A DNA stretch of 64,000 nt from IMG/VR virus record IMGVR_UViG_3300046714_000544, positions 5,169 through 69,168 of that record. One strand, written 5' to 3'. Both the position numbers and the translations under genes were made by a program. This document shows positions 19,727-28,907 of this stretch, piece after piece. Position 1 is the first letter of the stretch, and the number at the start of each line of letters is the position of its first letter. Source of the DNA: a virus. The notes under the pieces were generated by a model. The model had not been told where the DNA came from. It saw only the letters and a list, made by a program, of their open reading frames with translations, and did no database searches.

Positions 19727-21306
19727 GCTGGCTTCTCTAAGCTGAGCCCGAAGCTCGATTGCTGGGTCAACTGCTGGAGGAGGAGATACGCCTGCGCCTG
19801 GCCCCTTGTCCTCACCTTTCCCAGCAACTGCCCCTCCGTGCCTATAGCGTACCACGTTTGGAGCGGCACGGGGACTAGCTGCCTCACCTGGACCATCTTC
19901 CCCTCCTCCCACTTCCCCTCTTTCCGCAACTTCTCCTCTGACGATTTGAACACCTTAACCTTTCTGCACCCCAGTGGGGCGATGTGTTGTAGTTCAGCGA
20001 TGCATCGTTCCATCTCTTGAAGGAAGTGGTCGAAGCCTTTCTTCCTGATGTCTCTGTCGGTCCGTACCCCGCGGTTGCTCATCCGGTCTAGGATGATCCG
20101 GAGTTGGATGTACTGCTTGTCGAAGGACTCCCAACGGCCCTGCTTCTCCAAACCCGCCCTACCGTAGTTGAAACAGCGCAGGAGGACATCGGAGTCCGCG
20201 GCGTTATACCAAGCCGGGTTCGTCCCACTCTCATCCTTCCAGTAGTGCATGTCTGGTGTGGCGAAGGTGGCGATGTACTTCAGGCCAGCCGGCCAGGACG
20301 GTTCGAAGTGATGCCAGACGTCCATGTTGTCAACGATCGGGCCGCCGAAGACGACTCCGGCATTCAACAGCCGGGGGCAGTCGAAGTGCTGGTTGTGAAC
20401 TAGCTTCCACCCCGGCAACCCCAGCAGCTGTTTGCACAGGGTGATGTAGGGCTCTGTCCACGGGACGCTGATGGCCTGGAAGGGCTTGAAGGAGAAGGAG
20501 ATCCGTAGGATGGTGTAGGAGGGATCATTCTCAACAACATCCTCCTCATCATCCATCCCGGCCTCGATGTCGCCATCCTTCTCATTGCGTGCGCTGTATG
20601 GCGTCTCGATATCGAAGGCGAGGGGTGGGTAGCCTGCGGCCGCGTACTCTGCAATGAACCGTGCCAGGGCCTGTGGTGGCGGGTCGCACTGGTAGAACTT
20701 TGCCGCTTGGATCTTGCCAAGTCGGGCCACCGCCAGGGCCTTCATCAGGTCATGCTGCCAGACCCGGGTCAGGTGCCAGTTGCCCCGCTGGATGTAGGAG
20801 GGATGGTAGGTGGGGAGGACCAGGCCGTAGGGGCTGTCATACACATACCCGCGGCGTTTTTCAATCCCCCAATGGCCGGTGAACCACCTCATCGGTGTGT
20901 TCCCGAGCGGCATGATGACGCGGGGCTTGACCTGATTAAGAAGCTCGGTCAGATAGGGAGAGCAATTCCTAATCGCGTCATGCTCGAATGGTTGCTTGGA
21001 GAGCTTGTTGTCTGGTGGCCGGCAGCGGAGGACGTTGCTGATCAGGAAGTCATCCCTCTTCAGGGGGAGGTTGTTAACCGGGTCCATTTGCCGGGTGATC
21101 ATGCGATCCAACGTCTGTCCCGCTTGGCCGACAAAGGGGCGACGGGTGGGGACAGGTCCTTGCTGTCTCGCCTCATCCTCCCCAAGGGCCTCGCCGACCA
21201 TCATCACGCCGTGCTTTAGGAGACCGCTAGAAACAACGTACCCGCTACCAATGTGGGCTAGCGGGCAAGGGGCGCAGCGGTCGGGTTTGTTGCTAGGTAG
21301 GGCTAC
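19570..21306 (-). CDS. DNA polymerase N-half: uracil-DNA glycosylase-like (family 4) plus 3'-5' exonuclease domains
   Basis: CAPCPL, VGEALG..E, PFVGQAG, NVLRCRPP, PTYHPS (UDG-4); FDIET, HNQHFD, YNAADS (Exo I-III); RMSNRGV thumb start. The conserved CxxC lies upstream of the ORF-track start, implying a GTA start at 21306. Confidence 0.85.
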   Translation of the reverse strand, partial: VALPSNKPDRCAPCPLAHIGSGYVVSSGLLKHGVMMVGEALGEDEARQQGPVPTRRPFVGQAGQTLDRMITRQMDPVNNLPLKRDDFLISNVLRCRPPDNKLSKQPFEHDAIRNCSPYLTELLNQVKPRVIMPLGNTPMRWFTGHWGIEKRRGYVYDSPYGLVLPTYHPSYIQRGNWHLTRVWQHDLMKALAVARLGKIQAAKFYQCDPPPQALARFIAEYAAAGYPPLAFDIETPYSARNEKDGDIEAGMDDEEDVVENDPSYTILRISFSFKPFQAISVPWTEPYITLCKQLLGLPGWKLVHNQHFDCPRLLNAGVVFGGPIVDNMDVWHHFEPSWPAGLKYIATFATPDMHYWKDESGTNPAWYNAADSDVLLRCFNYGRAGLEKQGRWESFDKQYIQLRIILDRMSNRGVRTDRDIRKKGFDHFLQEMERCIAELQHIAPLGCRKVKVFKSSEEKLRKEGKWEEGKMVQVRQLVPVPLQTWYAIGTEGQLLGKVRTRGQAQAYLLLQQLTQQSSFGLSLEKPASPKKRKKRDAPGVENPQPGPTSTSSRGKTRRKSVALPGNSTSGVTDAGSGS

Positions 21307-21655
21307 TGTCTGACCTTCCCTTCTGTGGAAAAATGCCGACGGCGAACTGGAAGTTGCAACGAGGACAGCGCATGTCTAGATGCTTCTCGCTGGTCCAAAG
21401 AGGACAAGGCCGATCTCCGTTCCTGGTGCTCTCCCAATGCCCCTCACAGAAGGGGGCCTGGTAACATGGGATATAGTCAATGTTCCAACCCAAGAAGCCG
21501 CGCAGTTTGTTTTCTTTGCAGGGGCGCCTGAAGCTATCGTAATGAGGGCGGGTGCCCGGGCAAACGCTCATAACTTGCAGGCTACTGTTCAACATCCTAC
21601 ATTGCGGACATTCACTACCGGCATAGTAGAGAGACTTCTCAGTCTCCATCATCAC
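21293..21655 (-). CDS. Cys-rich hypothetical protein
   Basis: CPQC...CPRC motifs; overlapping-gene context. Confidence 0.5.
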   Translation of the reverse strand: MMMETEKSLYYAGSECPQCRMLNSSLQVMSVCPGTRPHYDSFRRPCKENKLRGFLGWNIDYIPCYQAPFCEGHWESTRNGDRPCPLWTSEKHLDMRCPRCNFQFAVGIFPQKGRSDSSPT

Positions 21656-21873
21656 GAAGTCACCCTAAACAACTGCGGCTTATCGCGCCCCTGATAACGA
21701 ATGACGGCGACCTTGAGGTCAAAGTACTTGAAAGCCCCATCACGAATTAGCTTCGCTGTCCGCTCAGAGACGGCATCGCTATGGAAGAGAAAGTAGTACA
21801 TCCCTCCCTCCTCCACGTGAGCAATGTCGCCCTGCTTAAAGAGGTCCGCAACTTCAGTCGCCGTCAGTGACAA
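21652..21873 (-). CDS. Hypothetical protein
   Basis: Tightly packed minus-strand operon. Confidence 0.5.
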   Translation of the reverse strand: MSLTATEVADLFKQGDIAHVEEGGMYYFLFHSDAVSERTAKLIRDGAFKYFDLKVAVIRYQGRDKPQLFRVTS

Positions 21874-22105
21874 TTACACTCTCCTCCTCTTTTTCTTCGA
21901 TGATCTTCACCGCCGCCAGATTCCCCGGCAAAACCACCGTCCCATCCGGTAGCCGAGCACCGAGCAACCGCCAACCATTAACCACCTTGTCCACCTCATC
22001 GAACTTCACTCCCTCCGCGACGATTGTATCGATGCCGTTGACATGGGCGCAGAAGTGGAGGTGGCATGTGAAGGTGGGCTGACCGACGATGGGGATCTCA
22101 CTCAT
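21854..22105 (-). CDS. Hypothetical protein
   Basis: SD plus ATGA overlap. Confidence 0.55.
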   Translation of the reverse strand: MSEIPIVGQPTFTCHLHFCAHVNGIDTIVAEGVKFDEVDKVVNGWRLLGARLPDGTVVLPGNLAAVKIIEEKEEESVIVTDGD

Positions 22106-22317
22106 CCCTTCCCCTCCAACACCTTCAACCGCTCCTCATGATCCTTCCAAACGCGGTTCCAGTTGGACGCCTGGAGCTTTATATCTTGGGAGACTACCGC
22201 CATGGCGACATCAACCATCTCCTGAAAGGTCGGAGTCTTGACGACGACAGGTGCGCAGTTGTACTTACAGGTCTGCCCATCGGGGACCTGCTCACCGCAG
22301 TATTTGCACTCGGTCAC
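22102..22317 (-). CDS. Hypothetical protein
   Basis: GTGA overlap; CKYC motif. Confidence 0.5.
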   Translation of the reverse strand: MTECKYCGEQVPDGQTCKYNCAPVVVKTPTFQEMVDVAMAVVSQDIKLQASNWNRVWKDHEERLKVLEGKG

Positions 22318-22718
22318 AGGAGGCCCTCCTCAGCGAGCAGGTAGTTAAGCTCCCCCAGAGTCGCTCTAGCAACCCGCACTGCTTTCTCTTCTATCTCTGG
22401 GTCATCTCTGTCTTGACCACTCAGATACTCTTGCCCTTCCCGCGTAGAGATATCGAACTGCTCTCCGGTTTGAAACTCATACACACCTCCGGGGCAAGAG
22501 GCCATGAACTGCCTTCCCGAGGCTTTATCCTGATAGACCCATTGAAACACAAAGGCATAAGTCTCTACGCCGACCTTTAGCCCAGTATACCAAGGAACAT
22601 TTGTCACGAACCCATTACTAGCTTCCGGTACATTCTTCATGATGACATCATCAAGGTGATCCTTGAAGTTGGGGTAATGCCCACAAGTAGGGCACACTTC
22701 TCCATTCTGATAACTCAT
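22314..22718 (-). CDS. Hypothetical protein
   Basis: ATGA overlap; CPTC motif. Confidence 0.5.
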   Translation of the reverse strand: MSYQNGEVCPTCGHYPNFKDHLDDVIMKNVPEASNGFVTNVPWYTGLKVGVETYAFVFQWVYQDKASGRQFMASCPGGVYEFQTGEQFDISTREGQEYLSGQDRDDPEIEEKAVRVARATLGELNYLLAEEGLL

Positions 22719-23452
22719 CCCTTAAACGCCTTCCTTTCCCGGTCCCACTTGCCGCAACTTGTACAGAAGATCCTCCTATACTTCAACTCGCCCACAATGG
22801 ACGTGCCTCGGTATTGAATATGCCCGCCACAAACGCGGCAGGTTGCCTTGTCATATGCCCTGGGGTGGGCATTATCAAACGGCCGCAGGCGTAGGTATAG
22901 CTGCTCCAGGGTCTGCACGTCCTGTTCGCAATACTTCGCCATCGCTCGAAGGGAAGCAACATCGCCCGCGAGCACCCGCATCCACCAACCCGGCCACTCG
23001 TCCCGAGTCTTCATATGCTTCTGCTCGGTCAGCCCAAGCGTCAGTGCCAGGTTCTGCAGTCTGTTGCTGGTGAAGTTCGCCACGCTGCTGGCAATGAACT
23101 TCGTATCCCGCATCTTCGTCATGGGGATAGGTGGGAGGTTGTTGATGAGAAGGCGCCCTTGAAAGAACCGGCGATCGAACACGGACCCGTAATGGGCAAC
23201 CGTGATATCCGCCTCGTTAAGAAGCTTGGATGCCGCCTTCAGGAGCTGCTTATCATCGACAACATACTTACGACGTTGACCCGGCAGGCCGCCGAAATCT
23301 TCGAGGGTCATGGAGTGGGCCTTCTTTTCCCCCAGCCACTTCCAACCGAAAACCGCCAGCGACCCCAGGTCACTCCTCAGGGCGTTGACCCCGATGGTCT
23401 CCACGTCCCAGATCAGGACCTTGGGTGCTGTTTCCACACTATCAATCTTCAG
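22715..23452 (-). CDS. RNase H-like (DEDD) exonuclease with C-terminal zinc ribbon
   Basis: LIWDVET, AHYGSVFD, YCEQDV; CRVC..CTSC; probable CTG start 7 nt after GGAGG. Confidence 0.8.
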   Translation of the reverse strand: MKIDSVETAPKVLIWDVETIGVNALRSDLGSLAVFGWKWLGEKKAHSMTLEDFGGLPGQRRKYVVDDKQLLKAASKLLNEADITVAHYGSVFDRRFFQGRLLINNLPPIPMTKMRDTKFIASSVANFTSNRLQNLALTLGLTEQKHMKTRDEWPGWWMRVLAGDVASLRAMAKYCEQDVQTLEQLYLRLRPFDNAHPRAYDKATCRVCGGHIQYRGTSIVGELKYRRIFCTSCGKWDRERKAFKG

Positions 23453-23766
23453 GCGTCCACCTCCAGAAGCGACGATGTTTAGCCATCGCTATGTCAACAG
23501 GAATAGGATCATCCCTATCCTGGTCACTCAGGAAACAACTTGGGCAGAGGCGCCCTCGGCCTTCCTCTGACTCAAAGTCGTCCCCGCACTCGCGGCATCT
23601 CTTAGTAGGCATGCCAGGTCCGCTGAAGAATAAACTCCACGATGTAGGGCAGAAAGGTGATTAGAATCCCGGCCATTGAGATCCACGCCCACCAATCTTC
23701 CAGCCACGGCTTGCCGTTTACAACATGATAGAATCTCAAGGGTTGTTATCCCTCCTCTCACCTCTC

Positions 23767-23794
23767 ATCATACTCCTTTTGGTGAGGGAGTCAA
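23767..23794 (-). promoter_or_regulatory. sigma70-type promoter (TTGACT-16-TATGAT)
   Basis: Consensus-like hexamers in an intergenic gap. Confidence 0.5.
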
Positions 23795-24432
23795 GCGATT
23801 TCCTTCTGGGCGAAGTTCTTCTCCAGGAAGGCCTTAGCAGACAGGCCGCTCTTTTCCCAATCACTCACCGCACCCAGAAACCCCTCCATTGACTGCACCA
23901 CAAGGACATTCTCCAACTCTGTCTCGTAGGAGAAGTTCCAGGAGCGTTCCTGGAGGCAGACAAGGGCCTCTGGATTCATCGCCGCGATCTCCTCGATGTT
24001 CTCATCGAAGTCATCCAGGTAGGCGTCCATCTTAATCTTCCCCTTCGACTCGTCGGCGGAGAGGATGTGGATGTTGTGGGCGGGGATGGCGGGGAGCCAT
24101 TGATGTAGCCACAGCTTTCGATCATTGATACAACTCTCCGGCACCTTGGTGATGATGTGGATCTCAGGGGCGCTTGGGATGTCTAGGAGATTTTGGAGCG
24201 GCTCCATGTTCTCCGGATAGCAGGCCATGTCCTGGAAGACGCCGTACTTGACAACAAGCTCATCCCAGAACTCCTTCCACCTTTCCTCCCCCACCATGTG
24301 TTCAACGTAGGTCCAGGAAGGCGGATTGGCGGGGACGTTGATGCCGTAGTGGTCGAGAAAGACCCTGCGGACCTTGGTGCCGTAGTTGCTTAGGACGCCA
24401 TCGCAGTCGATGCCCAGACGAAGCTTACTCAT
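23791..24432 (-). CDS. HAD-family 5'(3')-deoxyribonucleotidase
   Basis: GIDCDGVL motif I, IIT, K..I..DAYLDD motif IV. Confidence 0.8.
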   Translation of the reverse strand: MSKLRLGIDCDGVLSNYGTKVRRVFLDHYGINVPANPPSWTYVEHMVGEERWKEFWDELVVKYGVFQDMACYPENMEPLQNLLDIPSAPEIHIITKVPESCINDRKLWLHQWLPAIPAHNIHILSADESKGKIKMDAYLDDFDENIEEIAAMNPEALVCLQERSWNFSYETELENVLVVQSMEGFLGAVSDWEKSGLSAKAFLEKNFAQKEIA

Positions 24433-24779
24433 CCCTTCATCCTATCGTCAGTTCCCAAACCGAGTCTCTCGAATTCCATGAGGGTGTTGAGGTGGAAGAC
24501 GGCGTGTGCCAGATGGTGGTAGGAACTTTCAGCGTCCACTGAAGTACCTCCCTCGAAGGCAGATAGATGTCGATGGAGGGCATCCAGACTGAGCCGCCAA
24601 GGATAACCCTTGCGCCAGTTGTCGGCCGCGTACTTCTGTGCGCCATACCCATACACCTTGGCCACTTCGAGGCGTGGCCACCAAGGAACCAAGGAAAAGC
24701 GCGCGATCTTAACACCCTTCTCTCCACCTGTAACGGGGTCAACAAACCTAACTTCTTCTAAATGTGCCGCTGTTGTCAG
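24429..24779 (-). CDS. dATP/dGTP diphosphohydrolase-like protein (DUF5664-type)
   Basis: TGGEKGVKIARFSLVP, YGAQKYAADNWRKG, ALHRHL, D.ES..HHLAHA; the conserved N-terminus requires a CTG start at 24779. Confidence 0.8.
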   Translation of the reverse strand: MTTAAHLEEVRFVDPVTGGEKGVKIARFSLVPWWPRLEVAKVYGYGAQKYAADNWRKGYPWRLSLDALHRHLSAFEGGTSVDAESSYHHLAHAVFHLNTLMEFERLGLGTDDRMKG

Positions 24780-25120
24780 TGTGTAGCCTCCCTCTTCTGC
24801 GCCTTGATAAGGTCATATTCAACATGGCCGTGTGGAGGTGCGCCCTCCAGCAGCACGTCATAGCCCAGAAATCCAAGCCGCGCCTGAAGTGCAGCAACCA
24901 CCTTGCCCGGATTCGAAAGGCTGACAGTGCGGAAGTCGAACGCATATCCAGCCGCATGGTAGCCATTCTCCTCAAAGGTCCCCAGGCGAGTGATGGAGGT
25001 GATGATGCAATCCTTCCCCTCCTGCTCGGCGATGACTTCGGAGGCGACTGTCATGGCAAGCAATGTCTCCGCCTTCAGGAGGCGGGCGGTCTTAATCTGC
25101 TCATCAAATCGTAGACTCAT
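24776..25120 (-). CDS. M15-like zinc peptidase (putative endolysin)
   Basis: ITS...YHAAGYAFDFR...HGHVEYD zinc-ligand pattern. Confidence 0.65.
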   Translation of the reverse strand: MSLRFDEQIKTARLLKAETLLAMTVASEVIAEQEGKDCIITSITRLGTFEENGYHAAGYAFDFRTVSLSNPGKVVAALQARLGFLGYDVLLEGAPPHGHVEYDLIKAQKREATH

Positions 25121-25222
25121 TCCCCCTTCTCCACTTCGATGAAGTCGCAGAATTCGCAAATCCAGGCGCTCTCCTCCGGGCACCAGGAGAAGACGGGCTC
25201 GGCACAGGCGGGGCAGAGACGA

Positions 25223-25423
25223 CTATACTGCTTCGACATAACCAATCCCCAACTTATCCGCCAGCTTTCTCAACAGCTCTCCATCTTCCGTAGCCCGCAA
25301 CTCGTCCGGCCCAATGAGGGAGCCTAGGAGCAACCGTTGCTGCTCCGCTGTTGCATCTCCTCGGGCGAGGATATCGAACATCTCTAGGGGGGTATCCGCG
25401 GCGGCAATTTCAGCCCATTCCAT
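25223..25423 (-). CDS. Hypothetical protein
   Basis: ORF in a packed operon. Confidence 0.45.
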   Translation of the reverse strand: MEWAEIAAADTPLEMFDILARGDATAEQQRLLLGSLIGPDELRATEDGELLRKLADKLGIGYVEAV

Positions 25424-25525
25424 TAGGATGCCCTCTGCGCTCTCTCAACCGCCGCCTGCTTCAACCCCTCGCGCACGACCTTCTGGAGCCGCTGAAGCTC
25501 CACTTCACGATCCTTCTCACTCTTC

Positions 25526-25738
25526 TTACTCATCCTTCTCTCCCTTCCTCTCTGGCAACTTGATGCCAAGACCTACCGCGATTGCTGTCTGTGTGGAGAC
25601 CATCTCCTCAAGCATCTTCTCATACTGTCGGGTGAGGCGCTTGTTGTCGAAGTACAGGGTGACGGCGGCGATGACGGAAAGGATCTCAACCGCCGTGAGC
25701 CCAAGGGACCTAAGTAGTTGAACTGTTGATGGATCCAC
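25526..25738 (-). CDS. Putative holin-like membrane protein
   Basis: One hydrophobic segment (LGLTAVEILSVIAAVTLYF) plus a charged tail; near the peptidase. Confidence 0.45.
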   Translation of the reverse strand: MDPSTVQLLRSLGLTAVEILSVIAAVTLYFDNKRLTRQYEKMLEEMVSTQTAIAVGLGIKLPERKGEKDE

Positions 25739-26003
25739 GCTTTCTCCTCTTTCTCTTCTCAATTTTGATGGCCACGATGCAGCCTAAGGGATAGATGCAG
25801 AAGCCACTCTGGCTGCTGTCATCATCGATAGTTGTGGTGGTGACAATCACTGGGACGCCCTTATCCTCCTTCTGCTCCCAGAAAAGTCCATAGGAGGTGC
25901 GGCGGGCGAGGGTTGCTGTGTTAGGATCGGCGACGCTGTTTTCATAGATGTCCACCCAATCGATAGAGATGAGATCACCTCTCATCAACTCCGGTAGGCT
26001 CAA
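25710..26003 (-). CDS. Hypothetical protein
   Basis: LISIDWVD...SYG...IYPLGCIVAI is a recurring phage family pattern. Confidence 0.55.
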   Translation of the reverse strand: MSLPELMRGDLISIDWVDIYENSVADPNTATLARRTSYGLFWEQKEDKGVPVIVTTTTIDDDSSQSGFCIYPLGCIVAIKIEKRKRRKRGSINSSTT

Positions 26004-26515
26004 TCCCCCACCATCACAATCTCTGCCTCGGCCCTAAGCATCTTCTTCCCCTGCCTCAATTCAGCAACCACTAGCCAATTCGCCCCGGGAACAACGCGGC
26101 GGTTGGGGTTATGGGTCCAGACGATATCCCTCGGCGGCGCCTTTCCATCCAGCCACTCATCCCACGGTGCACAGTCACTCTCCTCCTTCGCGTAGTAGGC
26201 CCGCTCGCCTAGATTGAATCCGACCTTGGGGTAGATAGCCCACTCGATGGAGGGGCAGTACATCTCCGCGGATGGGTTGAGGAGGCGGAGGGTTATGTGA
26301 ACTGGTGTCGGCATCGCCGCCATCCGAGGGCTGACAATGAGGACCGCCTCGGGTTGCTTGACCTTGTCCATCTTCACCTCCCAACACTCATCGCAGACGT
26401 CGTAGAGGTGAGGTTCCCCTTTCTCCTCCGGCCAAATCATCGGTTCCCCCTTCGGCCAGATCATCATCATAAGCATGACGACAACCATCCGCCCTAGGAA
26501 GTCAAGGAGCCACAT
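26000..26515 (-). CDS. Hypothetical membrane-anchored/exported protein
   Basis: Hydrophobic N-terminus and Ig-like C-terminal region. Confidence 0.45.
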   Translation of the reverse strand: MWLLDFLGRMVVVMLMMMIWPKGEPMIWPEEKGEPHLYDVCDECWEVKMDKVKQPEAVLIVSPRMAAMPTPVHITLRLLNPSAEMYCPSIEWAIYPKVGFNLGERAYYAKEESDCAPWDEWLDGKAPPRDIVWTHNPNRRVVPGANWLVVAELRQGKKMLRAEAEIVMVGD

Positions 26516-27479
26516 GAACGATCTCCCCCAGGAGCTTCAGTGCTCGCTGGTTGTCGGCCTCAGACCAATTCCCCGAGCGCCACATGTGGAAGGGGCGACC
26601 TGTTGCCCAACCTTCCCTCGCTAGGGCTGCCCACGTATCCACCGACATATCCTCAAACTCGTTAACTTGACAAGGGCGGCCAACTGAAGCACAGGGCTCA
26701 CGCTGATGGTAGCTGTCAAAAGAACAAGAAGGACATAGTCCGGGATCCCCACTATTGGTGCCAATAAGCTGGCCACCGCCAGAAGCGCGAACAATCCGCA
26801 CAATACCCTCTTCCCATGCTTGGGAGGAACCGCATACGCCCGTCTCATTACCTACCTGCCAGATGACGTTGGGATAGCGCCCGAGCGTGGAAACCGCTTT
26901 GTATACCCATTCCTCCACAACATTGGTAGGCTGGGACCGAAAGAGGTCACAATCGTAGTCAACTCCGTTGGGATTGTTGGCACCGGCCCACGGAGAGAAC
27001 TGCTCACGGTAGTCATTCTTGAGGCTCCATCCATCGACGAGGTCGACTTCGACATAGACACCTTTCTCCTGTGCATAGGAGATGAGGGAGGAAACGCGGT
27101 TCCAATATTCTTCATCCCATTCGGCGAGGTTGTACCTGCCGCCCCTCTTGATATATGGGTGAGTGTGATCATGGTAGATGTCCGGGCCGAGGCGGAGGTG
27201 AGTCCAATTAGCCCCCGCGGCTGCCAATTCGTCCACCGTGCCGGTGTCGAAAAGGGGCCAGCCGTGCTCATCCACGCCGTCCGAACAGCAGATGATGCTG
27301 CCTAGGATGGGCGGGACGAAGCGGTCTCCGGAGGTACGGAGGGGAGTGGTGATCCTAGCTGAGGGGGGTGGGGGGCTAGGACTAGGGCCTGGATCAACAG
27401 GTCCCGTGGGCAGGTGCGGTAAGCCCTTACAGGCCAACCAGATAGCGACAACGACGAGGGGCCACAGCTTCTTCAGCAT
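26502..27479 (-). CDS. Lipoprotein with glycoside-hydrolase-like TIM barrel (GH5-clan-like)
   Basis: Signal peptide with WLAC lipobox, Pro-rich linker, GANWTHLR, AQEKGVYVEVDL, NVIWQVGNE, SYH, VNE. Confidence 0.65.
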   Translation of the reverse strand: MLKKLWPLVVVAIWLACKGLPHLPTGPVDPGPSPSPPPPSARITTPLRTSGDRFVPPILGSIICCSDGVDEHGWPLFDTGTVDELAAAGANWTHLRLGPDIYHDHTHPYIKRGGRYNLAEWDEEYWNRVSSLISYAQEKGVYVEVDLVDGWSLKNDYREQFSPWAGANNPNGVDYDCDLFRSQPTNVVEEWVYKAVSTLGRYPNVIWQVGNETGVCGSSQAWEEGIVRIVRASGGGQLIGTNSGDPGLCPSCSFDSYHQREPCASVGRPCQVNEFEDMSVDTWAALAREGWATGRPFHMWRSGNWSEADNQRALKLLGEIVHVAP

Positions 27480-27509
27480 AATAGGCGGGACCTCCAAGGC
27501 CCGTCACCC

Positions 27510-27538
27510 ATTATACCATTTAGACGGGAATTATGCCA
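27510..27538 (-). promoter_or_regulatory. Extended -10 promoter (TGGTATAAT) upstream of the lipoprotein
   Basis: TGG-TATAAT directly upstream of a GGAGG SD. Confidence 0.55.
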
Positions 27539-27780
27539 TCCCTAATATCAATGGTGATGGCTACCAGGAGTTCCCGGAGGAACTGAATCTCCGGATCGCT
27601 CACAGTGCCAATCACCTCCTGTGCCTCGATGTCTTTCAAGAAGCCCCTGATTAGTCCCTTGATCGCTGCCTCCTGCCCCCGCCAGAATGCCGGATGCGCC
27701 GCATCCGTCCCATCCCAGAAGAGGTTGTCTACAGCGGTGTAATCAAGATCCGCATCATACCCCTGTTTATCCTCAGCCAC
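27520..27780 (-). CDS. Hypothetical protein (DGTDAAHPAFWRG motif)
   Basis: Recurrent small phage-protein motif. Confidence 0.55.
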   Translation of the reverse strand: MAEDKQGYDADLDYTAVDNLFWDGTDAAHPAFWRGQEAAIKGLIRGFLKDIEAQEVIGTVSDPEIQFLRELLVAITIDIRDGIIPV

Positions 27781-28012
27781 AGAACTCCTCGCACTTCTGG
27801 TTGCTGCAATGGCGGCGCATCAGGGAGAAGCACTTGGAGCAGTTGATTGATTCACCAACCGCTGCTCGAAGATCTGCAATCATAAGGAGAAGCATCTCCT
27901 CTGCCTCCACGAATAGTGCGGCGCTGGGGTCGGTTCCAAGAATCAACGCAACTCTTTGGGCATAGGTCAACGGTGCGCCTTTTGCCATCTGTTCAAAACC
28001 CTCCCAACTCAC
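27773..28012 (-). CDS. Hypothetical protein
   Basis: GTGA overlap. Confidence 0.45.
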   Translation of the reverse strand: MSWEGFEQMAKGAPLTYAQRVALILGTDPSAALFVEAEEMLLLMIADLRAAVGESINCSKCFSLMRRHCSNQKCEEFCG

Positions 28013-28593
28013 AACCGGAACCCCAGCTTCTGCGCCTCAAGGACGCTCTCCGCAAGCCCCATTGCATCATCGAGGGCATTGTGTGTATGCGGCGTTGTCG
28101 CCATCTTACTCAGGTGTGGGAAGGACTTCGCCTTCCGGTAAACGGTGCCCACATCCGTCAGTTCATGAGCCATCGACGCGCCGTCAATGCACCCCTGTCG
28201 CCACGCCGTGTAACGTTCCTGGACGTTGATCCCCTGGAAACCGAATGGGTTGTTCCCACAGAAGCGCGAGAGGTAGTAGGCAATGTGCATCCAATCGAAG
28301 CCGGATGTGTCACTCACTAGGCGGAGGTCGTGGGGGGCGATTCCCTTCAGCCATGCATGGAAAGCAGGGAGGGCTTCCTCAGGAGGGGGGTGCCCCGCTG
28401 CCATCTCAGGAGTGAACCCGTGAATCTTGATCGTCTCCTTCTCCCAGCTGCCTTCAGGGAGCGGCTTTACCGTGGTGTAGAAGGTCCGCCCCAAGCCGGG
28501 CTCAATAACAACCGCGCCGATTGAGAGGAGGGAGTGGAAGGGTGGGGAGAGAAAGCCGCCGGTTGCTTCCACATCGACGGAGATGAGGGTCAT
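28009..28593 (-). CDS. DEDD 3'-5' exoribonuclease (Rv2179c-like)
   Basis: ISVDVEATG, LLSIGAV, GFDW, NPFGF, HNALDDA. Confidence 0.85.
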   Translation of the reverse strand: MTLISVDVEATGGFLSPPFHSLLSIGAVVIEPGLGRTFYTTVKPLPEGSWEKETIKIHGFTPEMAAGHPPPEEALPAFHAWLKGIAPHDLRLVSDTSGFDWMHIAYYLSRFCGNNPFGFQGINVQERYTAWRQGCIDGASMAHELTDVGTVYRKAKSFPHLSKMATTPHTHNALDDAMGLAESVLEAQKLGFRL

Positions 28594-28907
28594 CGCCGAA
28601 CGCTCTGATCCTTCCTCACCGTCGCCAGGTTTCCCATCGCGAGGCAGACCTCACCGACGGCATCATCGAGGTTATCGAAGGCCATCTCCTTCCCACCGAA
28701 GGATTCAAAGGCCGTCCAGCTCTTCGAGAGGCGTAGAATGCTAGAGAGCATCCGTTCCTTCGCCTGACTGTATGTACTATCCGCCTTCTCTGTTACGACG
28801 AACTCAAAAATCTCCGGCCGCATCGGCAACAACCTCTCTCTTTCAATAACCATGCTGAATTGATCTTCGATGCTTAGCGTAGCAACTCCCGAACCTTTAA
28901 CAAACAT
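28590..28907 (-). CDS. Hypothetical protein
   Basis: ORF in a packed operon. Confidence 0.5.
   Translation of the reverse strand: MFVKGSGVATLSIEDQFSMVIERERLLPMRPEIFEFVVTEKADSTYSQAKERMLSSILRLSKSWTAFESFGGKEMAFDNLDDAVGEVCLAMGNLATVRKDQSVRR

Noticed and set aside
19131-19900. Group I intron, intein or homing endonuclease in the polymerase
   Set aside because: The interval is filled by small SD-led ORFs; no intron core, intein terminal residues or LAGLIDADG/HNH/GIY-YIG motifs are seen.
24429-24779. Z-genome (2-aminoadenine) or 7-deazaguanine pathway
   Set aside because: A dNTP diphosphohydrolase is present, but no PurZ, DpdA or Que/Fol genes are recognisable in the window.
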